Below, piece after piece: positions 20,207 through 30,316 of a stretch of DNA of 64,000 bases. The notes under the pieces were generated by a model. That model had not been told where the DNA came from. It saw only the letters and a list, made by a program, of their open reading frames with translations, and did not search any database. The number at the start of each line of letters is the position of its first letter. The first letter of the stretch is position 1. Source of the stretch: Bacteriovoracaceae bacterium. Lineage in GTDB: Bacteria > Bdellovibrionota > Bacteriovoracia > Bacteriovoracales > Bacteriovoracaceae. The DNA is taken from assembly GCA_965217035.1 (NCBI GenBank), contig OZ244226.1, positions 124,001-188,000 of the forward strand. Reading direction: 5' to 3'. The position numbers were made by a program, and so were the translations under genes.

Positions 20207-22954
20207 TTATTCAAAACTTAAGCTAACTATTTTTTCCTGTTCATCTTTATGGACACTTGCAAAACCTGTCGCTGGACTTGCACTCGATCGTCGACTAATC
20301 AATTTAAAGTCTTGAAACTCTTCAAAACGTAATAAATAAGTCCAAGCTCCCATATTCTTAGGTTCTTCTTGAACCCAAACTTTTTCACAACCTTTATATT
20401 GCTTCAACAGTGATTCGACTTTCTTCATTGGCATTGGATAAAGCTGTTCAAGTCGAACGATCGCGACATCTTTCACTTTATTTTCATCTCTATACTTTTT
20501 GAGATCATAATAAATTTTCCCCGTACACATCAGAAGACGCTTAGCACTTTTCCCATCAACTAGCCCGTCAGGGATAATTTCTTGGAAGCTTCCATTTTCA
20601 AGTTCTTCAATTTTAGAAACACATTCTGGATGTCTCAATAATGACTTAGGAGTAAAGAGAACAACTGGCTTTCTGAAATTCCATGTCACATGCCTTCTAA
20701 GCAAATGGAAAAAATTCGCAGGAGTTGAACAATTTGCAACAATCATATTTTTATCAGCAGCCAGCTGAAGGAATCTTTCAACTCGAGCACTAGAATGTTC
20801 TGGACCTTGACCTTCATAACCATGAGGAAGATAAACCAGAAGCCCACTCATCCGATCCCATTTTGATTCACCACTAGAAATAAACTGATCAAAAACTGTC
20901 TGAGCACCATTGCAGAAGTCTCCAAATTGAGCTTCCCAAATATTAATATCTGTCGGTCGACCTAATGAATATCCAAATTCAAACCCTAGAACCGCATACT
21001 CTGAAAGAAGTGAATTATAAACCTGGAAGCGAGCTTGATCATCTGTAATATTATCAAGAGCGAAATGAATCTTATCTCCTCCTTCATCCATAATACCTGC
21101 GTGACGATGAGAGAATGTTCCTCTTATACAATCTTGACCACTCATTCGAATTCCAATTCCATCAGTCACAAGAGATCCATAGGCTAAGAGTTCCCCCATG
21201 GCCCAATCGAGATTATCATTCTCCCAACGTTTCTTGCGATCATCGAGAATTCTATTAGCTTTTCTAAAAGGTTTAATTGTTTCAGGCACTGTGATAAGAG
21301 CTTTATACACTTGTTCAAGTCTTTTTCGGTCAACTCCCGTTTGGGGAGAATATTCAAAATCTTCTTGGGTTGCTCTTTTTAGATCTTTCCATTCTTGATC
21401 AGGCGCCTGTGGAGTATATTTTACTTCCTTCTCCTTCACCATATTGAATCGATTCTGGAGAAGGTCTTTGAACTGCTTCTCCATCTCTTTTGCGAGATTG
21501 GAATCAATCGACTTCCCTTCAATTAGCTTATGAAGATAAACCTCTCTTGGAGTTGGATGTTTCGCGATAATTCCATACATCTTAGGTTGTGTGAACTTAG
21601 GTTCATCCCCTTCATTATGCCCGTGCCTACGGTAACAAACCATATCGATAAAAATATCTTGACCAAATTTTTGTCTAAACTCTGTAGCAAGTTCAACAGC
21701 ATAAACGACGGCCTCAGCATCATCTCCATTCACATGAATAACAGGAATGTTAATGACTCTCGCTACACTCGTGCAATAAGAGGAACTTCTCGCATCTGCA
21801 AAGTTTGTAGTGAATCCAATTTGGTTATTAATGACAAAATGAATTGTTCCACCAACATTGTAAGCAGGGAGACGAGACATTTGTGTCGATTCATAAACAA
21901 TCCCTTGTCCTGCAACAGCAGCATCTCCATGGATAATAATGGGAAGCACTTTTTTAGAATTATTTTGATAGAGGATATCACTCTGGGCACGACAATAACC
22001 TTGCACCACAGGACCTACCGCTTCTAAATGTGAAGGGTTCGGCATAAGTTTTAAGAAAACATCCCGACCACTTCTAGTATTTGTTTTTGATGTAAACCCG
22101 AGATGGTATTTAACATCCCCATCACCATAGATCGCATCTGGGTCGATATTCCCTTCAAATTCATTAAAAATATACTCGTAAGTTTTTCCAAGGGTATTGG
22201 CCAGAACGTTAAGACGCCCTCTATGTGCCATTCCAATAACAACTTCTTCAACTCCATCATCAGCCGCTTGATTAATAATTGCATCAAGTGCAGGAATCGT
22301 ATTTTCTCCACCTTCAAGCGAGAATCGCTTTTGGCCAACGTATTTTGTATTAAGAAAGTTTTCAAAAACAACTGACTCATTAAGTTTTTCTAAGATCCTT
22401 TTTTTCTTTTCCTGTGGAAAGTTCACTAAACCTTTATCTTTCTCAACTCGATCACGGAACCAACGTCTCATTTCCGTGTTTTGTACATGCATGAACTCAA
22501 TACCAAGACTCTTACAATAAACTTGTTCCATATGGTTAATAATTTGACCAAGTGTTGCTTTTCCAAGACCAAGATATTCACCACAGTTAAAAGTCTTTTT
22601 GAGATCAGATTCCGAAAGACCATAATCTTCAAGTTTCAAATAAGCCTTCCTGTCGATTCTTTCTCGAATAGGATTCGTTTTAGCAAGTAGATGACCTCTT
22701 GCTCGATAGGATTGGATGATTCTAAAAACTCTAAACTCTTTATCTAAATCACTTGTTCCACTGGAAGAAGTTCCTCCCGAAATAGTCGGATCCATGTTTT
22801 CAATCTCAGGATATTTGGCAACAGCAAAATCAAAACCTTTAAAGAATTGATTCCAACTGTCATCAATCTCCCCTCCATTTTTAAATTCCTCATAAAGGGA
22901 ATCAATATAGGCGTTATCAGAGCTCGATAAGTGAGTGAAGTCAATATTAGACAT
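20207..22954 (-). CDS. sucA: 2-oxoglutarate dehydrogenase E1
   Basis: KRFSLEG, GMAHRGRLN, GDVKYHLG, NPSHLE, HGDAA, PHGYEGQGPEHSS. Confidence 0.97.
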   Translation of the reverse strand: MSNIDFTHLSSSDNAYIDSLYEEFKNGGEIDDSWNQFFKGFDFAVAKYPEIENMDPTISGGTSSSGTSDLDKEFRVFRIIQSYRARGHLLAKTNPIRERIDRKAYLKLEDYGLSESDLKKTFNCGEYLGLGKATLGQIINHMEQVYCKSLGIEFMHVQNTEMRRWFRDRVEKDKGLVNFPQEKKKRILEKLNESVVFENFLNTKYVGQKRFSLEGGENTIPALDAIINQAADDGVEEVVIGMAHRGRLNVLANTLGKTYEYIFNEFEGNIDPDAIYGDGDVKYHLGFTSKTNTRSGRDVFLKLMPNPSHLEAVGPVVQGYCRAQSDILYQNNSKKVLPIIIHGDAAVAGQGIVYESTQMSRLPAYNVGGTIHFVINNQIGFTTNFADARSSSYCTSVARVINIPVIHVNGDDAEAVVYAVELATEFRQKFGQDIFIDMVCYRRHGHNEGDEPKFTQPKMYGIIAKHPTPREVYLHKLIEGKSIDSNLAKEMEKQFKDLLQNRFNMVKEKEVKYTPQAPDQEWKDLKRATQEDFEYSPQTGVDRKRLEQVYKALITVPETIKPFRKANRILDDRKKRWENDNLDWAMGELLAYGSLVTDGIGIRMSGQDCIRGTFSHRHAGIMDEGGDKIHFALDNITDDQARFQVYNSLLSEYAVLGFEFGYSLGRPTDINIWEAQFGDFCNGAQTVFDQFISSGESKWDRMSGLLVYLPHGYEGQGPEHSSARVERFLQLAADKNMIVANCSTPANFFHLLRRHVTWNFRKPVVLFTPKSLLRHPECVSKIEELENGSFQEIIPDGLVDGKSAKRLLMCTGKIYYDLKKYRDENKVKDVAIVRLEQLYPMPMKKVESLLKQYKGCEKVWVQEEPKNMGAWTYLLRFEEFQDFKLISRRSSASPATGFASVHKDEQEKIVSLSFE

Positions 22955-23206
22955 GGCGAAAACCTTATAAATTCTAGAGTGTTATACCGGAATTATTATA
23001 GCGAATCTTTCACGAATTGTTCAAAAAAGAGTAGCATTAAATAGCAATCATTTACTGTCCTGCCAACTTTAGTCATCAAAAAAAATTAATTGTATTAAAT
23101 CTTTGAATCACAAAAAATACAATATCTTCTGACAATTCAATTTCTCTTAGACGAAAAAAAGGAAGTGAGATATTTATTTTCTCGACATTCACTATCTGGA
23201 AAAAAA

Positions 23207-23713
23207 ATGAAAATCACTTTTGCGATTTTTCTTATATTAAACTCACTTAGTTTACTCGCTAAACAAGAAGTAACCATTACTGATGAGTGGACGACTCCCG
23301 ATAAATGCTCCCAATTATCGGAGCAAGTGAAAAAACAATTAAAAGAAGTCATATTAAAATTAAATCTCGATGAAAATGGCTCTGTACTTCACTCTTACAC
23401 CCCTAGTTATCGAAAAGGATCTGGTTTTCCATTTCGTGTCCCCGGAACCATTATTCCTTCTAAATGCAAGATTCAAATCATTTTCCAAGGCCTTGGTGCA
23501 AAATTAGAGAAAAACACCTTCCGCAGCAGGACCGTTTTAAACAAGTATTTAAAGTGGGCCGCTAAGCAAACAAATAAATACGTCAAAAAAATCATGGAAG
23601 AAGAGGGTTTTCTTGTTTTCACTTGGCATTTAAGAAAAAAAGGAGTTTTTATGCCCAGAAAATATTATGTCGTTCATTCTGTGAAACTTACTGAGCACCA
23701 ATCTGATTCCTAA
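23207..23713 (+). CDS. Secreted basic hypothetical protein
   Basis: Signal peptide from ATG 23207 (MKITFAIFLILNSLSLLA). Confidence 0.6.
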   Translation: MKITFAIFLILNSLSLLAKQEVTITDEWTTPDKCSQLSEQVKKQLKEVILKLNLDENGSVLHSYTPSYRKGSGFPFRVPGTIIPSKCKIQIIFQGLGAKLEKNTFRSRTVLNKYLKWAAKQTNKYVKKIMEEEGFLVFTWHLRKKGVFMPRKYYVVHSVKLTEHQSDS

Positions 23714-24345
23714 AGTCTTATAAGAAAGTTTTTAAGATTGGACAGAATTGGCATCGGAATCTCATGCCCTCCTTCAAAAGGATTAAAATCGACTTCATTT
23801 CCGTTATCCTCAAAAAATTGCTGAAGATTAGTTGCTCCCTGATAAGGTAAAACCGAATCCTGTCTCCCGTGAGACTGGAAGACGGGGACTGACTCGAGCG
23901 CATTTATTTTCTCAGGCTCTAAACGAGAAAGTGCAAGAAGGTTTCCGGACAGAAAAACCAAACCTGAAAAATGATAATGTTCTACAAACCGTGAATAAAA
24001 GTGAAGTGTGCACATCGCCCCCTGACTGAATCCGCCCATGATCAAAGGAAGATCCGGATCAATATGACTGTCGAGATAACCCTTCACATAATCCATTGCT
24101 TGCTCAAGTTTTTCAGGCACTTCATGAGTGAGATCAAAAGCCTCTCCAGTTTGTTGATAATTCATAAGCCTTTGCTCATCAATATCGAACCAAGCCCGTG
24201 CGTTCATCATAAAAGCGGGAGCTAATTGGATAGGAGCTTCAGGAAAAAAGAATTTGTCTTCTTTATTATTCCTAAGAAAACCTTCCAGAGGTTTTAAATC
24301 ATCTGCATTTGCACCATATCCATGTAAAATAACTATTTGTTTCAT
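23710..24345 (-). CDS. Phospholipase/carboxylesterase (alpha/beta hydrolase)
   Basis: LHGYGAN, RAWFDI, GGFSQG nucleophile elbow, HGRQD, GGHEI. Confidence 0.92.
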   Translation of the reverse strand: MKQIVILHGYGANADDLKPLEGFLRNNKEDKFFFPEAPIQLAPAFMMNARAWFDIDEQRLMNYQQTGEAFDLTHEVPEKLEQAMDYVKGYLDSHIDPDLPLIMGGFSQGAMCTLHFYSRFVEHYHFSGLVFLSGNLLALSRLEPEKINALESVPVFQSHGRQDSVLPYQGATNLQQFFEDNGNEVDFNPFEGGHEIPMPILSNLKNFLIRL

Positions 24346-25091
24346 AAAAATAGAATCCCGCCTCTTAAAGCAAAAGAAAGTTCATTTTCTCTCTCGGAGA
24401 AAGTCCATTTGAAAGGCTGGTAGTTAACTTCAAACCCAAACTCTGTATCATTGGAATAGGCCATAACTCCAGCACCAAGACCTAACTGACTACTCTCATA
24501 ATCGTAATCGTTTCCAGCAAGTGCTCCCGATTTAATTGAAGCCGTAAAGGAGTCTTCACGATAACGAAGATTTACAAAAGCTAAAACAGTATCAGTCGTT
24601 CTATAACCATAGATGAGATAAAGACTAGTCGTTTCCAAATCAAGGTTCGCAGTATAAGAAGATGAAAATCCTCCATCATCAAGATCAGATTCACTATCAG
24701 TAAAATAGGTCACTGCAAATGATAAACTTTTATTTCCCGCTTTGGCTGAATTTTTAGGATCTCCCATTAGTTGGTATTTCAAGCCAATCTGCCCAGTAAG
24801 ATCCAAAAGTAAATCAATATTTCTTAAAAGTCCTACTTCTCCTTCAATGCTCGCACCAACATCAAACTCAAAGGTATCACCCTCAAAAGAAAGTGCTCTG
24901 TCATTACTTGAAAGACGGGATTCACTAGGAACTGTTGCAGTGTGAAGGTTGTAGAAAGAAATAGAGGCAGATCCTTTTAACATTTCACCAGCTGCTTCTG
25001 GTGAAATTAATGATTTTACTGGAAATTCAGCATCAATTGTCGAACATGATTTAAAAATAAGAAGAGAGATGAAAAATAAAGTGAATCGCAT
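24342..25091 (-). CDS. Outer-membrane beta-barrel-like lipoprotein
   Basis: Start moved to ATG 25091 with AGGAG upstream; signal ending in SC; amphipathic beta strands. Confidence 0.6.
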   Translation of the reverse strand: MRFTLFFISLLIFKSCSTIDAEFPVKSLISPEAAGEMLKGSASISFYNLHTATVPSESRLSSNDRALSFEGDTFEFDVGASIEGEVGLLRNIDLLLDLTGQIGLKYQLMGDPKNSAKAGNKSLSFAVTYFTDSESDLDDGGFSSSYTANLDLETTSLYLIYGYRTTDTVLAFVNLRYREDSFTASIKSGALAGNDYDYESSQLGLGAGVMAYSNDTEFGFEVNYQPFKWTFSERENELSFALRGGILFL

Positions 25092-25278
25092 GCTCCTAGT
25101 GAACGTTGCTCGACACCATCTGTCCAGAAACGAGGGTCCTTTGAATGAAATCTTATGTGTTTTGTAACTTCTCAAGAAGGACCATCGAATACCTTGATGA
25201 GAAAAACTATGAGGGAATAGGAATATGCGAATTCACTTAGATTTGAGAGACATCCCCTTCTCTGATAGCGTTGTAAGT

Positions 25279-25770
25279 ATGGAAAATATAAAAGAAAAAT
25301 CGCCATCAGAAAGTGCTGTGGTCATGCAAGAAATGGTAATGCCTGGCCATACAAATCCCCAAAACACAATCTTTGGGGGAACAATTATGTCTTGGATCGA
25401 TATCGCCGCGGCCATGTGCGCTGCTAAACATTGCAACAAACCTGTTGTCACTGTTCATGTGGACGAGCTCGATTTTATCTCTCCTATCAAAGTCGGAGAA
25501 CATGTTCTTATTCACGCTTCAGTTAACTACGTTGGAAAATCGAGTATGGTTGTCGGTGTAAAGGTTCAAAGTGAAAACCCTTACATCAATGAAACCAAAA
25601 CAACGACAAGGGCCTATCTGACTTTTGTCGCTCTTGATAGTAACGGGCGACCTATTGAAGTTCCTCGTTTGAAAATTTCTACCGAAGACGAAAAAAGACG
25701 TTTTGAGAATGCCAAGAAACGAGTGGAGGCTTCTAAAAAACTTCGTAAGGAAATTGAAAGGAACGATTAA
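25279..25770 (+). CDS. Acyl-CoA thioesterase (hotdog fold, YciA-like)
   Basis: MPGHTNPQNTIFGGTIMSWID, YVGKSSM, AYLTFVALD. Confidence 0.93.
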   Translation: MENIKEKSPSESAVVMQEMVMPGHTNPQNTIFGGTIMSWIDIAAAMCAAKHCNKPVVTVHVDELDFISPIKVGEHVLIHASVNYVGKSSMVVGVKVQSENPYINETKTTTRAYLTFVALDSNGRPIEVPRLKISTEDEKRRFENAKKRVEASKKLRKEIERND

Positions 25771-27894
25771 ATGAAATTGAAAAAACTTTTGATCCCTATG
25801 ATCGCCATCGCAGCATTTATTGTTGTGAGAAAAATGGGATGGGATCAGTACCTCACTTTGGAGTACGTGCAAGCAAATCTTGACTCTTTTAAAGAATATT
25901 ATGCTGCTAATCAGGTCCAAACAATTGGGATCTTCGCTGGAATCTATATTACGGCGACAGCTCTTTCAATTCCCGGAGCAACGATTTTGACCTTAACGGC
26001 CGGTGCTCTTTTTGGACTCACCACCGGAGTTATCATTGTGAGTTTCGCCAGTACAATTGGTGCAACTCTTGCTTTTTTAGCTTCTCGATATGTTTTAAGA
26101 GATTCGATTCAAAATAAGTACGGCGATAAATTGAAAAGCATAAATGAAGGTGTTGAAAAAAGTGGCGCCAGCTATCTTTTTACATTAAGATTGCTCCCGA
26201 TCTTTCCTTTCTTTCTTATCAATCTTTTAATGGGCCTTACCCCAATGAGAACTCTTACATATTTTTTTGTAAGTCAGATTGGTATGCTTCCCGGAACTGC
26301 CGTTTATGTTAATGCTGGTTCACAACTGTCCCAACTTAAAAGTTTGAAAGGAATTCTTTCTCCTCAACTGCTTGTTTCTTTTGCATTATTGGGACTCTTT
26401 CCTCTAATCGTTCAAAAAATAGTTGGTTACTTCAAAGCAAGAAAGGTTTATGCCAAATATAAAAAGCCTGAAAAGTTTGACTATAATATGGTTTCAATTG
26501 GTGCTGGAGCGGCAGGACTTGTCACGAGCTATATTGGAGCAGCAGTAAAAGCTAAAGTTGCTTTAATTGAGAAACATAAAATGGGAGGAGACTGTCTTAA
26601 CACTGGCTGCGTTCCTTCAAAGGCGATTCTTCGATCAGCTAAAATTAATCATTACGCCAAAAAAGCAGAACAATTTGGTTTTACTAAAATCGATACAGAT
26701 TATAACTTCTCAAAAGTTATGGATCGTGTTCACGAGGTTATCGCCAAAATTGAACCTCATGATTCAGTTGAGCGCTATACCAAACTTGGAGTCGAATGTA
26801 TCCAAGGAACAGCTCAAATCATTTCGCCTTGGGAAGTCAAAGTTGGAGATAGAATCCTTACAACTAAAAATATAACTATTGCAACAGGGGCACGCCCTTT
26901 TGTTCCACCTATTCCAGGTCTAGACGAAGTTCCTTATCTTATTTCAGATACTTTATGGGATATTAAAGAACTTCCAAAAAAGTTTCTTGTGATTGGAGGA
27001 GGACCTATCGGTCTTGAGATGGCCCAAGCTTTTCAAAGATTAGGCTCTCAAGTCACTATCGTTGAGATGGGACCAAGAGTTATGGCCAAGGAAGATGAAG
27101 ATGTGGCCATTGAAGTTCAGAACAAACTGCGCTCTGAAGGGATTGATGTTCAAACAGAGACCAAGCTTGAAAAGTTTGAAAAACGTGGTGATAAAAACAT
27201 CGCTCATCTTAGCTCTGGAGAGGTTGAATTTGATAAAGTTCTTCTTGCCATTGGAAGACGTCCGAACACTTCAGGCTTTGGTCTTGAAGAACTTGGTATT
27301 GAACTCAATCGAAATGGAACAATTCAAGTCAATGAATATCTTCAAACAAAATATCCAAATATCTATGCTTGTGGAGACGTTGCTGGACCTTACCAGCTCA
27401 CTCATATAGCCGCTCATCAAGCTTGGTATTGTGCCGTTAATGGTCTTTTTGGAAAGTTTAAAAAGTTTAAAGTTGATTATTCAGTTGTTCCTTGGGCAAC
27501 CTATACTGATCCAGAAGTGGCGACAGTCGGTCACACTGAAAACTCAGCAAAAGATGCAGGAATTGAATTTGATATCACGAAATATGGCCTTGATGATCTC
27601 GATAGGGCCATAGCAGACAGCGAAGATTACGGATTCGTTAAAGTTCTAACTCAAAAAGGAACAGATAAAATTATCGGAGCAACGATCGTAGGAACTCAAG
27701 CGAGCACGATGATTATCGAGTTTGTCACTGCAATGAAATATAAGATCGGTCTTAATAAAATATTAGGAACAATTCATGCTTACCCTTCTATGGGAGAAGG
27801 AAATAAATATGCTGCAGGTGAATGGAAGCGCAAGCAGACATCAGAAAAAGTTTTTAATTGGTTAAACAAATTTCACACTTGGAGCAGAAGCTAA
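25771..27894 (+). CDS. DedA/VTT membrane domain fused to MerA/Lpd-like flavin disulfide oxidoreductase
   Basis: LSIPGATILTLTAGALFG and LRLLPIFPFFLIN, then GAGAAG, GGDCLNTGCVPSK, GGGPIG, HAYPSMGE. Confidence 0.93.
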   Translation: MKLKKLLIPMIAIAAFIVVRKMGWDQYLTLEYVQANLDSFKEYYAANQVQTIGIFAGIYITATALSIPGATILTLTAGALFGLTTGVIIVSFASTIGATLAFLASRYVLRDSIQNKYGDKLKSINEGVEKSGASYLFTLRLLPIFPFFLINLLMGLTPMRTLTYFFVSQIGMLPGTAVYVNAGSQLSQLKSLKGILSPQLLVSFALLGLFPLIVQKIVGYFKARKVYAKYKKPEKFDYNMVSIGAGAAGLVTSYIGAAVKAKVALIEKHKMGGDCLNTGCVPSKAILRSAKINHYAKKAEQFGFTKIDTDYNFSKVMDRVHEVIAKIEPHDSVERYTKLGVECIQGTAQIISPWEVKVGDRILTTKNITIATGARPFVPPIPGLDEVPYLISDTLWDIKELPKKFLVIGGGPIGLEMAQAFQRLGSQVTIVEMGPRVMAKEDEDVAIEVQNKLRSEGIDVQTETKLEKFEKRGDKNIAHLSSGEVEFDKVLLAIGRRPNTSGFGLEELGIELNRNGTIQVNEYLQTKYPNIYACGDVAGPYQLTHIAAHQAWYCAVNGLFGKFKKFKVDYSVVPWATYTDPEVATVGHTENSAKDAGIEFDITKYGLDDLDRAIADSEDYGFVKVLTQKGTDKIIGATIVGTQASTMIIEFVTAMKYKIGLNKILGTIHAYPSMGEGNKYAAGEWKRKQTSEKVFNWLNKFHTWSRS

Positions 27895-28640
27895 TGAAAT
27901 ATTTATTTATTGTACTTTGTTCAACACAACTGATGGCCTTTGATCATAACCACACGAAGTTTAATCAAGTGCTTCAAAAATATGTTAAAGCGGGACCTAT
28001 TAGTACTCTCTTTCAGTATAGGAAACTTAAAGAAGATAACCAAAACTTTATCGTTTACTTAAATGAGCTTGAAGCCGTTTCTAAAGAAGAATTCAAGAAA
28101 TTCACAAATGACCAGAAACTTGCTTTCTGGATTAATGCCTATAATGCTTATACAATCAAACTCATTATTGATAACTATCCTGTTGAAACAATCAAAGATA
28201 TCAAGCCCAATGGATTTTTCTCAGCTTTCTCAAGCCCATGGAAAATTAAGTTTATCAAACTGATGGGTCGTGAGCTGACGCTTGATAATATTGAACATGA
28301 TATTATTCGAAAAGATTTCTCGGAACCGAGAATTCACTTTGCTGTTAATTGTGCCTCTATGGGATGCCCTAGCTTGAGGAATGAAGCTTTTGTTGCAAGT
28401 AAACTTGAGGCGCAACTCGAAGATAGTGCTCTAAAATTTGTTTCAAATACAAAAAAGAATCGTGTTGATTCAAAAAAGAAAACTGTCTATCTTTCTAAGA
28501 TATTTAAGTGGTACGGTGCAGATTTCGACAAAAAACATGGTGGTTATATCAAGTATTTCGCAAAAACTCATCCTATAAAACCTAATTTAAAAAACTATGA
28601 TGTCAAATGGACCGATTACGGATGGAACCTTAATGAATAA
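27894..28640 (+). CDS. Secreted DUF547 protein
   Basis: LAFWINAYNA, LDNIEH, EPRIHFAVNCASMGCP, SKIFKWY, YGWNLN; TAATG coupling to upstream gene. Confidence 0.92.
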   Translation: MKYLFIVLCSTQLMAFDHNHTKFNQVLQKYVKAGPISTLFQYRKLKEDNQNFIVYLNELEAVSKEEFKKFTNDQKLAFWINAYNAYTIKLIIDNYPVETIKDIKPNGFFSAFSSPWKIKFIKLMGRELTLDNIEHDIIRKDFSEPRIHFAVNCASMGCPSLRNEAFVASKLEAQLEDSALKFVSNTKKNRVDSKKKTVYLSKIFKWYGADFDKKHGGYIKYFAKTHPIKPNLKNYDVKWTDYGWNLNE

Positions 28641-28705
28641 GTGGTAGCTTTTTCCCTTCTCCCTTCTTTAATAAGCTCATGCAATGACCTAGACGATAAA
28701 GTATC

Positions 28706-29905
28706 ATGAGTAGATTTTTTAACCTCATTATCGGTATTCAGCTGGTTTTTATTTCAACTCCTCTACAGGCAGCAAACCAATGTGTTCAATTCACTAGAGG
28801 GCTTTTTGCAGAAATTGAACCGAGTATTTCCATAGGTGGACGTTATTATAAAAATAAATCTCTTCCTTGGCTGATTCAATATACTGGACATAATCCAGAT
28901 AAATTAACAAAAGGTCAGGTCATTGAAGAGTTGAATTTCACCGTTTCTATACCTTTAAATATCTTGGGTGAAAATACTGCAACATTTGATGATTACTTTC
29001 TTCAGCTAAAGTATAGATACGGAAACGTACCAACTCCTGAAGGAGTTATTAACAATAATAATGTTTCTTATCTTACTGAAGTTCAAATTCTAGATTATTT
29101 CGGAAGACCTCGAATAAACAACCATCGTGAGGCCCTCGATAGGGCATTTAATGAAATTAAATCAGCCTCTAGAACTCAGGTGCGAAAGAGAGAGCCACAA
29201 TTCATAAACCTCAAACTTAATGAAGAATTAGAAGTTCCAATTATACCCTACTTTAGACAGTCCACTGTTGATGATTATATCTCTTTTATGAGTAAGTATT
29301 TTTTCACCTCACAATTTGAATTGCTAAGAACTGTAAAAAACCGTTGGATCGGTGTTCAGAATTTTGCTCGAGGAGTCTTTAAAAAACCAAAACTGAATAA
29401 AATCACAAGAACAGATCAATCAACGCTAACTCAAATTACTACTTTCAGACAATATGAAATAAGAAGAAAAAAACTTGCTCTTGATAAATTTAAAGCTATC
29501 TTACTCGATCGAACTGTTTATACCATGATTGGTTATATTCTTATTCCTTTAGGAATTGGCTCTGCAATTCTTATAAAGTTTGGAGAAAATCGACTTAATA
29601 TGACGATTCCTGCTTTGGGAGAAGAAGAAGTTCAAAAATCAAGAGATGAGGTCCAAAAGATACTCGAAGATAAAATCAAGGAACTCGATATTAATAAGGC
29701 CTTCAAAGACCTTTTGAAAGAAGATGCTGAATTCAGAAGAGCAGTCGAACAAAGCGGGATCTCAAAAGACACTCTATTTGAAATACAAGTTGAGGCTCAA
29801 AAGAAAAACGAAGCGAGTAAATACCTCGAAATTGAACTTAAAAGCCGTACTAAAAATGGTGATTCAATCGTCACTAAAGAAAAAGTTGAATTCATTCCCA
29901 ATTAG
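28706..29905 (+). CDS. Exported hypothetical protein with a C-proximal TM helix
   Basis: 399-aa ORF, signal peptide, hydrophobic segment YTMIGYILIPLGIGSAILI. Confidence 0.7.
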   Translation: MSRFFNLIIGIQLVFISTPLQAANQCVQFTRGLFAEIEPSISIGGRYYKNKSLPWLIQYTGHNPDKLTKGQVIEELNFTVSIPLNILGENTATFDDYFLQLKYRYGNVPTPEGVINNNNVSYLTEVQILDYFGRPRINNHREALDRAFNEIKSASRTQVRKREPQFINLKLNEELEVPIIPYFRQSTVDDYISFMSKYFFTSQFELLRTVKNRWIGVQNFARGVFKKPKLNKITRTDQSTLTQITTFRQYEIRRKKLALDKFKAILLDRTVYTMIGYILIPLGIGSAILIKFGENRLNMTIPALGEEEVQKSRDEVQKILEDKIKELDINKAFKDLLKEDAEFRRAVEQSGISKDTLFEIQVEAQKKNEASKYLEIELKSRTKNGDSIVTKEKVEFIPN

Positions 29906-30254
29906 AAAATATTTATAGCTCACCATGAATTGCCAAAAATAGGACTCAAATAAGGCCTTAATAAGACCTGAACAGGACACTCTTAAACTATTAAAATTAT
30001 AAAGCTTCCATGCTTTTTTTAAGCTTTTCTCATCCCAGGACTTACTCCGATATAAACTTAATTTCAACGAAACAAATCACGCGGAGACGAAAATAGGAAT
30101 AACTCAAAAAATGATTTTAATGATTATTCCCTTTTACTTTTCGCGTATTTACCGGGAGTGGAATCCTTTCGGAGTTATTTGTTCAAGACCAAATTGCCAT
30201 GGATAAAAAGACTGTAAAGGAGCGAAAACCCTTTAGCCCTACCCTTCCCCAAAA

Positions 30255-30296
30255 AAAACAAGCCTTAAATAGAATTAATCATTTAAGGCTTGTTTT
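30255..30296. repeat. Perfect 16-bp inverted repeat; minus-strand terminator-like
   Basis: AAAACAAGCCTTAAAT-N10-ATTTAAGGCTTGTTTT; the A-run at 30251-30258 gives a U-tail on the minus strand. Confidence 0.75.
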
Positions 30297-30316
30297 AATT
30301 TCAGTAAGATTAATGA

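Noticed and set aside
25771..27894. Mercuric reductase merA
   Set aside because: Lacks the C-terminal Cys-Cys pair and NmerA domain; no mer genes nearby; has a DedA fusion instead
30117..30200. Tiny selenoprotein on the minus strand (ATG GCA ATT TGG TCT TGA ...)
   Set aside because: No RBS, no redox motif, only 27 codons with readthrough and no convincing SECIS
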